Of a stretch of 64,000 nucleotides of DNA, positions 52,402 to 62,562 are shown one piece after another (the stretch's first letter is position 1; the number at the start of each line of letters is the position of its first letter). Position numbers and translations under genes: made by a program. The stretch is taken from positions 15,376,001-15,440,000 of the forward strand of contig OZ059898.1 in NCBI GenBank assembly GCA_964057225.1, read 5' to 3'. Source of the DNA: Auanema rhodensis (lineage: Eukaryota > Animalia > Nematoda). The notes beneath the pieces were generated by a model. The model did not search any database. It saw nothing but the letters and a program-made list of their open reading frames with translations, and was not told the origin of the DNA.

Positions 52402-54312
52402 TTAAAATAATTTTTTAGAAACCATCTTGTTTTTAGGAGACGTATACTTGATAAGGCCGCGTTTTTTTTGTTCCGATTCTGACGGAAATCCAACCTTAAT
52501 ATAAACATAAGTTGAAAGAAGAAGAACTATCAAAGGTATTACATCCCAGTAATGTTCTGGAGTTCGTGGCATAGGGTTATTAATGTATTTATGTCTGCTA
52601 ACTTGTTGAATACGCTTGGCTTTAGAATCTGGACTGAGATCGAGAGCGTCATAATAACCAGCGCAACAACTACAATCAGTCCCATGCATCAGATTTCTGA
52701 AAAAAAAATTATCATTATCTTCTAGAACAACACTGTAATATAATTACTTCCATAACAACCAAACATGTTACAAAACTAAAGATAAAAAAATCTACTTACC
52801 GTTGTTCTTTTTTACGAATTACATCGCCTTCCTTAAGTTCAGCCCGGAGCTCTTGCTACAAAAAAAACTTTTTTTTTTCAAAAATAAGTCAACAGCCAAA
52901 CCTTTATCTTCTCCGTATTTCCATGTTTTTGATTTTCTACAAAATTCTCACCAATTAAACTTTTCAATATTCTTCTTCTTTCCCTATCAACATCTTTCCT
53001 TGGCTTTTTTACCTTAAAAATAAAAAATTTCGAAATAAACAAATCAGCAACTAACCTCATTGAGATTAACTTTCTTCTCCGTCTTTATTTCATCAAGAGA
53101 TATTCCTTGAACTTCTTGTAATTTCTTAAAAAAATATTCTTAGTAATTTTCTGAAGATGATACAATATTTACCAACCCCCCATATTTGTCCTAGATTATG
53201 ATCGAAAACCACTTAACATTAGTGTTAAATGAAATATTTCAAGCAAGTAATATGGTGCACACTTATTTAGGGGGAAAAAGTGATATTAGATGATAAACTT
53301 TCGATAGCATATTTAATAGAATATCACTTTCGCGTTCAATTTAAAATGCTTGGTCCATACGCAGTAGTTCTATTTAACTTGACGTCTATTTCTTAATAAT
53401 TAACTTCCATTGGACTACGATAAATGTTTTTATACATTTAAAAGTATAACTGAATCACAACAACAAGTATGACTTTGGTTATACAATGAACTTTCTGATG
53501 AAAAAAAAATTATACTTTTCAAAGTATTCCCCATATCTTTCGTTTCACTTAGTAAGTATTCACTCTGTCTACATTACTGTCCACATTATCATTCTTTTTA
53601 AATATTTCTTATTCCCCAAGAAAATCACGAGATGTACAGTCAGAAGTATAAATCAAAAAATCTTAAATCATCAAAACGTTTCCAATAATAAAAAATCTAG
53701 TATATTTTGTGCACTGTTAGGACCTAAGAACTATATAAAACAATTTGGTTTTTCGTAAATATCAAGTTAACTAAAACTAGTAACAACCTTGAAGGAATTG
53801 CTGGGCTTCATCAATTTAGCAGGAATAAAATCATCATCGATTTCCTAAACCAGAAAAGTGATAAACCGGACAAATAGGAAGATGGGACCTGTGATAAACT
53901 CTTTTTAATATTTGGCTTAGGAGCGAAAATACTATGTAATGCTTGGCTATTCTCTTTCTTCACTGAATCATTGCTATCCTCATCTATTTGAATGACATTA
54001 TCAGGACTTTGTTTTTTCGTAGGGCGAAAGGACTCCTCTCTTTCTGTTTTAATATATTGAAACGGGAAGGTTTTAACAAAAAACTTACCGATTTCAGCCC
54101 TTTTGAGCCGTTCTGGATCTTTCCATTTAACATAAAGGTCCATTTTTAGTTGGGATTTTTTCTTTTTACTCTGCGTGGGCAGATGATCAGAACTTAAAAA
54201 ATTTTCGATAAGTGATTGCTTCTCATCACTCCTCTGAAAATTGAAATTGTCAAATCATAATTTAAAATTTTGAACAAACCAAAGTTTGAACCGTTGAAGT
54301 TTTACGCTTCAT
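52402..54312 (-). CDS. com-1: CtIP/Sae2/COM-1 DNA end-resection factor (middle exons uncertain)
   Basis: C-terminal Sae2/CtIP domain VIRKKEQRNLMHGTDCSCCAGYY...VSRHKY...RTPEHYWDVGFPS. Probable start MKRKTSTVQTL at 54312. Exon use between ~53130 and ~53785 could not be fixed. Confidence 0.85.
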
Positions 54313-54719
54313 ACGTCAAGCAAGTTCAAATTATATATATTAGTGAGAGAATAGAGTGATAAAGTCCAAAAATAATTCTTAGCAATTTCAAATTTTTTTC
54401 TTAGTACGCAATTTAAAATTGTACGTAATCTCGGGTCAACCGTATGGGAAAAAAAGTTAATAATCACTATTATACAAAAAAAAATTAATTGTATTATATT
54501 AGATTAAGCCACTCACCAGTTATGCTGAAATTCAACCGTTCAATGCTAGAAATTATATTTAAATTGCGTGCGTGACAAGCACGTCCGATGTCTGTTTAAT
54601 GCTAATTTCATATTCAATGAAAATCTTCAGTAATATTTATTATATTGTATTATATTATAAATTATTAAAAAGATGAGCAATATTAGAAAAATTCGCCTAA
54701 AAAATATGAAAAAGAACGA

Positions 54720-55586
54720 CTAAAATCGACATCTGTTCTCGTAGAGTTTATAATTGCCTGTTGGTAATTCAGTTGTATTCATGTTTCTATTGAATAGAAG
54801 ACAGTTGGAGCCTGAGTTTCATCGTTTCTTAGAAGTTTTTTGTTGAAATAATTTGGCTTACCTGAATACAATGGCATTTTCGAATCATAAGCATAAGAGG
54901 TACATTTCCCGAATACTTCTAAATAACATTGAGTTTCACAAGCATCTCTGTTTGCCGTAGACATTTTCTAAGAAAGATAGCTATTAGAGCTTATTCACTG
55001 AATTAATTTTACTTTAATATTGTTGAAAACACCAATAGATACACCTCGATCCAAAAATTCACAAGGATACATACGAGGTTCTGTATGAAATACATTAATA
55101 TATGTATATGTAATACACTATACATTACCTTTTGTTTTATTTTCACATAATCTATCAAATATTGAATAGTTAGATCCACGTTTTATAGATATTGATGGAT
55201 TTGTGACAGTTCCATGTAAAATACAGTGGGTACCTAATCCACCCCATGTATAAGCTTCGCAATTGAAAAGATACTCCGTTTCACACAATACTTGGCAATT
55301 ATCTGTTTTTCCTCTAGGCTGCAAGCATTACCATATTGATTATGATAAGAGAATCAAAACCAATTATATTGAAAAAAACATTTGATGAAAACGAAACCTG
55401 GTAAGCCATTTGCGACGCTTGAACACGAAAATCGATGCTTTTCACCACACATGACAGTTCTATCAATAAGAAGTTAAACATGATACTTCTAAGGTATCAA
55501 ACTTTACCTATACTTTGAAATGGAGGAACTGTTATATAATCACAAGATACTATGTTAGTTAGAAAAAAGAAAACAAATAAAAACAT
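54720..55586 (-). CDS. Secreted protein with two PAN/apple-like domains (6 exons)
   Basis: Signal peptide MFLFVFFFLTNIVSC; repeats CQVLC...NCEAYTW...HCILH...YSIFDRLC and ACETQC...KCTSYAY...NCLLF...YKLYENRC. The last exon uses the acceptor at 54812. Confidence 0.85.
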
Positions 55587-56097
55587 TTTATATGATCTAT
55601 TCGATAAAAAAAACGTTGCCAGATTGAACATTCTTCTAGAGTAACCAGTATCTAATGGATTTGTATAGATTTTCACAAACTCTATTGAGAGGATAGACAC
55701 AGTACAACTATCAGATGAAACAATATGATTTAGAACAAATTGGTTTGCAAGATTAAACCGTTTGAACTAGAAGTGATATATGCACAGAAAAAAAGTAAAA
55801 TGCAGTTTTAAATGGATATGGATATTGAAATAAAAGGAGAAAACATGAGAGAAATCAAAACAAACAAAAGACAATTTCTGAATACAAATGTGATTCTGAA
55901 TTGTTTTGTCGTTTCTAAGATTATGTTGTGAGTTAAAATATAATGCTTGAGGAGAAAATGATGATCAATTGGAGTAAAGGCATTAGATATAAATTTGGTG
56001 AGTTCAATGAGGGGGGATGCAAATCACAAAAGGAACTAGAAAGATGATGACTTAGGAATGTAAAATGTTTAGAAAAATCTAATTAGATAGAATTATC

Positions 56098-57434
56098 TTA
56101 TGAGATATTCATTAACATTTCCTTAACTTCTTGCTTGACACGATGAATGATACCATTGTTGAAATGAGTCATATTTGCCACATATTGGTTCTTAAAAAGG
56201 AAAATAGTTAGATATATATCTGAAAAAAATATAATATTACCTCATCTAGGTCTGGAGTTAAACGACGGCAATAGCTGCTATAGAGTTGCTCTCTTTGAGT
56301 ATCTTCCCGGTCAGCCCAATCTCTCAGGAAAATGGAATCGTAATATTTCTTCACAAGATCTCGAGAACTCTTTCTGTGCTGATGATCACACATATGTGAT
56401 ATGACTTGATCCTAGAAAATAATTTGATTACATACTGCTTTGCTTGGTAAAAAATGCTTACATGGCAAATATGGTGGCACGATACTACATGACAAAATTG
56501 GTTCTGACTCAAATAGTCGGCGTGCATTGATCTACTTAGTACCAGATTATCGATGTAGCTTCTCTCTGCTGGAGATAAAGCAGCCTGAACTCTATTACAA
56601 ACAGCGGTACATTCTCTACGAACAACAGGAGATGTTTTACTGAAATACAATACCGCTTGGAAAGTTTGATATAAGCCGAAGATGTACCTCAAGCATTTAT
56701 TATTTTCTTCGAAATCCTTAAGATGATCTAAGCAAATAAATTTATCAGGAGACCATTCAAGGCGTTTAATTCCACACTTTTTCATGTAACAACGGAATTT
56801 CTGGAAATTCAATTCATAATGATTGTTCAAGCATTACTCTATGTTCATACCTGATGTATGATGTTGCAGAATGAATTCAAGCTTGTTGTTGAACTCAGAA
56901 CTACAGGATCCAAAGGAGTTTCAAAATAAGATATGTCATGCAATTTTTGGAATTTAATCTGAAAAAAGATATTAAAGTTAGTGCTCATATTATTTGTTCA
57001 CCTTCGAAACATCTCATATTATTGAATTAAGTGCCAATAAATAAAAAGAGGAATGTACATTTCGAAAAAGAATTTCAAGATTTTATAAGCTTATGATTGT
57101 TATCTAGAATTGAGAATAATTTTATACACTATTATAAATTATTGTTTGAGATGTTTCAAGGAATTTTCGAAAAGAAGTTGTGTTCTTACTTGAAAATCAG
57201 ATTTAAATTGAGCTTGACAGAGAACGTCGCATGGATGTGATCGAATGTGATTCTGAATCTCTTGTTCAATGTCTTCAGATGATGAATGTTCTTGATGATG
57301 ATGATGATGATGACGTCGTCCATGGGCTAACAACGCCGGAAGAACTACAGGAATTATCAATAGAATAATCATTAATGAAAATAAAATTTACCCGCAATAA
57401 GCAGTAAGAAGACTTTGTGATCCATTTCTAACAT
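56098..57434 (-). CDS. Secreted His-rich, Cys-rich protein, CPG4-like (7 exons)
   Basis: MLEMDHKVFLLLIA|VLPALLA signal peptide, then HGRRHHHHHHQEH, then Cys pattern KFICL...KCLSKTSPVVRRECTAVC...FCHVVSCHHICHDQVISHMC; ends EMLMNIS*. A TTTTCAG acceptor lies just upstream of the start. Confidence 0.8.
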
Positions 57435-59509
57435 TTATCTGAAAAATAAAATAAAATAATTTATATTAATTTAATAAAGAATAGAAAAAAAAAAGTAGCA
57501 TACAAGTAGTATAAAAGAGGCATAAGCTTTTGATGACAATAGTAACGTTAGTCATGGACTGGACTGTATTTCATCACCAACAGCTAATGAATGATTTGAG
57601 TATGTACGTAGAGAGTTAACTCCACCCCTAAGCATTACCCTACCGGCGCCAAAATGATACGATTAGAAATTTTTGTTTTGGCGCTTGAGCTTTCTTTTCT
57701 TAGAATTTGGTTCAATCATGTTTCTGAAAACAGAACATGTGATCATAAAGCTTAGAGTTAGTTGGAAAAATTCAATAACGTAGGAAATATTGGAAAATGT
57801 TGGCGTTTATCGATAGCTAGCTGCTTCTCTGATTATTTGATTCACATTCAAACTATTCAATGATTAACGTAGAAATCAGTCGATGATAATATGACGCGAG
57901 TAAAAAGTAGCGAAATTCGAAAATATATAGTCTGAGTCACTTCTGTCGACTTCTGTATATGTACATGTCACAGCCAACACCTATTCCTTTTATTTTTATC
58001 AATCATGCTTCTATTTATCTTCCGTTCACGCTTTCCTTACCTGATTATTCTTATTTTTTTCTAAGAAACAGCTTAATAGGAAGATTACTAGATTAGCATT
58101 TGGTCAGGAAGTCATACTTGCACCATTCTCAAATGTAATGTTAAAAACGGTTTCGAATAGCTGCAGGTCAAAGTCTGATTTTGAATTCTTCACATCGTGT
58201 ATAACACAAAGATATAAAATTTGTCAGTGTGTTGAAACAAAAAAATGAAGAAAATACTTCGAATCGTTTGTGTTTACTAGAAAAATTAAAGTATTTGCGA
58301 AAAAAAAAAGAAAATTTTACTAATGTGGGGGTTGACCGGGCGCCTAGAAGTCCGGCAGCACGATTTATATATAGAGAGGAGGCTTATCTGTTATCGATGT
58401 ATTAACATTGTACTTCTTCTCGAATCAAAAAAAAGAAGAACACCTTGGTCATGAAGAAATACTTAGAAGTTTTGAGATCAACTGAAGAAAATTACATGTG
58501 CAAAACAAAGAGCCAGTGACGATTTAGTATACGATCCTATACGAAAGACAAATTTGAAAGGAATAGCCAAAAAATTTTATATTGCTTGTAAGATATGTAA
58601 TTATTTCGAAACTTTATTTACTTTTCCCCGCGCTTAATTGGTCGAAAGCATGAGAAGTGCGGTAGTCTTCATGTGCTCATTCATTATCAAATTCAATTGA
58701 ACAGATACAATAGTTTTCTTGAATATTGTTCTGAAAGTAGAAAGTATTTGGAAATTGTTTGAGGTCATTAAGTGAGTTGAATACTAACCGAAAAAAGAAT
58801 TTGCACTGTGTTGATAAAGCACAAAAGGAATAACCAATGCCTTGAAGTAATGTAATTTTTTAATATTTGTCACCTTCTATACCTCAAGAAACTTTTTAAT
58901 TTTTTATAAAAATTAATTGAAAAAAATAAAAAAAAATAAAAAAAAAACCAAAAAAAAAGACAAACTATTACATTATTATGGCTAATGATACAGTTTAAGA
59001 GATGACAATACACTTTCAGGTGTGGGAGAAAGATAGGAGGTCATTAGAAACAAGTGGTGGGGGAGAAAAAACAGTATCTCAATGTTTCTACGAAAGAAAT
59101 GCAAAAGGTATGTGAAGATGGCAAAATATAAAATCTTATTGATAAGAAGTCTGAGGACGAAGTCTTCAACTTATATGGCACATTAACGAGTTAATGGGGA
59201 CAAAGAATATAATAAATTCCTAGCCACGTGTTATGCATTATATCCGCAAAGGATAAGGCAATTATCTTATGTGCTGTGTCTTTTCGTTCAAGTTGGAATA
59301 AAGTTTTTTAATTACGTATTCCTCTTGCAAGCTTCTGTATAGCTGTGTATAGTAGTCTGCTATGTGTAGTTGTTATACAATGACTTATCAGTTGGAATAA
59401 GAGAATATTCAGCCAAAAAAAAGTATTTATTCTTTTTTTTATATCAATAAATATAAGACACAAATAAACTTAACTATATGCAATATCATTTTATTTCATT
59501 CTTTACTAT

Positions 59510-62138
59510 TTATAATTCCAAACGATCTGTTGTATCTTGATAATTAGCTGACATCTTATTTTCTGCCATATTTCGAAAATGCTGAGAATTCTTAAATTCA
59601 TTGTATAATGAAAAGAATAGATGTAGACTGTGAATGCGTGATTTGCCAACAGGTATATCAACCAGGTTCAAGCAAAGATCAACAAATTGTTCCAATGTAA
59701 CATCTAATTCGGATGTCGGCATCTATAATTCAATATAAATGATTATGATAAGAAAGGTTTGTTTGTTCCGACAAAAAAATGATATGAGAAATGTTTGATC
59801 TATTTTTTTTTATTTTTTAACTATTACTTCTTCTTTGAAAGCAATGTTTCTGAATCATTAAATGTGCATTCAAATACAATGTAGCATTATGATAAGCTTG
59901 GTTAATGATTTTACTATAGGAAAAAATTATTTTAAATTCCAGATAACTATTCACTTAATTTCTATGACTCACCTTCATAGTATTTAATGATTGTTCTATT
60001 ATGGGATTCCATTCCTGCATCAGTTTTTCAATGTCTGGCATAGCACCTTTGTAATGAACGGTCTGGGCTGGCCTCATCTTATGCAGCTCCTATGAAACAA
60101 CAAAGTTTGAGTAATGAGGACCAGAAGGGTTCTCTAAATACCTTTATATTATTAATCCATTTGTCAATTTCTTCAGTATTTTTGTCAGCTCTTTCAAGTT
60201 GTTTTGCTGGCATATCATCTTGAGTAGTAACCTGAAGTTTTATAATATTAGTAAAATTAAATTAAAATAAAGAAATGCAATTGGCACGTGCGTGAAGTTG
60301 TTTTTGTATGATATGATATCATTCACGTATAGTTCACGTGAAGATGCAAATTTTTAACGTATATTACCTCTTTAGTCGCATTTCTCATTTGCATGCCAAG
60401 AATTGTTGGATCACTCTGTGTAATAGAAGGCTCATCTAGCTGAGTTAAACCAATATTATCTTCAACCTGAAAGAATATGAACTTTATATAAAAATTTATA
60501 ATGCATAAAACCTGAAAATATGTTTTCTTTTTAGTTGGCATAGTTATTTATTTGAAAAACGTGTTAGGTTATATGTAATATATATGAATATACATACATA
60601 ATATACTATTTACTTATTACATTGTATAGTTAATTCAAACAAAAAGCAGATTAAGCTTATGCTTCAATCCATTATGGCAATGAAAACATGTATTATCTTA
60701 GATCTCTTCTATATTCTTATTCATTTCATTCATTACACACACGTATGTTGTACATATGTCTATCATACATTTTCTCTTATATTCTTTTTTTCTTTTCATA
60801 TAACTTACTTCATCTGGTCTTGGTATTTTGATAAATGCATCAATATCACCAATAGCTGGTATGAAATCAGGTATAAATGCTTTAAGCACAGGTCGTATTT
60901 CTATTTGTTCTGCTCGAAAATCATTAATCATTTCCAATACAAGCACTTCCTCTCCTGTAAGCTCCGTATCATCTGAAAGTTTATTTCGTTAATTAGAAAA
61001 AGTTGTTTTTATTGAAAGAAAATTGAATATGAAACATAAACTTACAGTCATCATCACTTTGATCGATTGTTTCGCCTCCGCGAATAATAGCTGTAAATGG
61101 CTGCGTCACTTTGGCCATCATCTCATTCAAAGCTCCAGTCGGTGCTGCAGCTAGAAAGTTATACATTTTGCATTTAAGACTTGTAAATATATTTTTTTAT
61201 ATATTATGCATTATCTTTACAATTCCAAGAATTTTCTTATTTTTTATTTAATTAATTTCAAATTAGGCAAGCTGTCCAAAACATACTTGATCGAGGTGGA
61301 GGCGAATTGATATCACTTCTTTCACCTTCAGCATTTCTTGGACTTGAATAGGCTGGAGGAGAATTTGGAGGATAATTAACAGAATGTGAGTTACCTAAAA
61401 CATTTTAATTCACAAGTTAAATTTACAAAAGCTAACCAACTAAATGGTTGAGCGGGTTAACTTCGTCTTCCGATTCATCCGCAGAATGTGGGTTCTCCAG
61501 CTTCTATATTAATATATTATTAAGATGTTATCAAAAAATGTTTGAAATAATAAGAAGAATAAAGCAGGATAACACAAGATTTAGGGCGTCTGATCCAATT
61601 TACAAGACAGCGTTCACTGGTTACCATGGGAACCATATACACAGCCGGGTCACCTTGTATAGTTTGAACAAGAAAGTAGCCCCCAACCCAATAATACTGA
61701 TTCAAATAGTTTTTTGGTTCCAAGTAATGATGATTTATAATATATTTTGATAACCCAATGCTTGCTTTACCTTGATTATTCTTCGATCAGAATCATTTGA
61801 TGGTTCATCATCACTATATTCACCTGAGAATCGAACCGATTTAGAATCTAGAAGACGTTTTCTACAAATGTTTATGTCCCCCTCCCCTTACCTGAATGAA
61901 AATTTTCCATATTATTCTGTGATTTTCCACTAAGTTTTCTATTTGTTTGAAAATTGTCGTCGTCAGATTCATATTGTGGCGAGACAACAACTTCTTGATG
62001 ATGATAAATTCCCTTAAGTGTTATTATTTTTGATTTAACGATCAACAATTTATTCAGAAAAATAAAATTATTTACCTGTTCTTCCTCTAGTCCCCGTATT
62101 TGTGAGCTTTCATCTTCAGACGTATCATCACTTATCAT
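59510..62138 (-). CDS. dyf-6: Intraflagellar transport protein IFT46 with a long acidic, low-complexity N-terminus
   Basis: RPVLKAFIPDFIPAIGDIDAFIKIPRPD, GLTQLDEPSITQSDPTIL, IDKWINNIKELH, MPDIEKLMQEW, LVDIPV...SLHLFFSLYNEFKNSQHF. Upstream exons splice in frame from the ATG at 62138. Confidence 0.92.
61620..61633. promoter_or_regulatory. X-box (RFX/DAF-19 site) in dyf-6 intron 3
   Basis: GTTACC-AT-GGGAAC fits GTHNYY-AT-RRNAAC and lies ~115 nt upstream of the exon-4 acceptor of a ciliary gene. Confidence 0.8.
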
Positions 62139-62562
62139 ATCAATACAGTGTTAAATGTATGAAATAATAGATTCTATAAAGATTTTCATATATAAAATGA
62201 AATAAACAAGTATATAAACAGAAATATTCTAAACAAATGATAATAATATTTATAATTATGCCTAACAAAGCTTTTTTCTTTCAAATTTAAATATTTAATC
62301 GAGAAAATTGTGGGTTCAGTTCCTAAATTCATAAAGGTAGAGTTAGTTGGTAGTCATGGAGATTCAATGAAACATAACCGAGACATCTGGTGTTGGAGCC
62401 TTTTGCTCAGGCAAAAATATATTTTGTTTGATTGCTATTATGAGGTTTCTCTATTTTCAAATATTCATTCATATTATCGTAATATGTTTACTAAAAAATT
62501 GATTTATTAGTCGACTTTAACTTCATTAAAACTGTCAAAGAGTATGAAATTAAATAATTTAA

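Noticed and set aside
54779-54861. Apparent frameshift or loss of Cys in the second PAN domain
   Set aside because: It is resolved by a 50-nt intron (54861-54812) that restores SNCLLF...YENRC.
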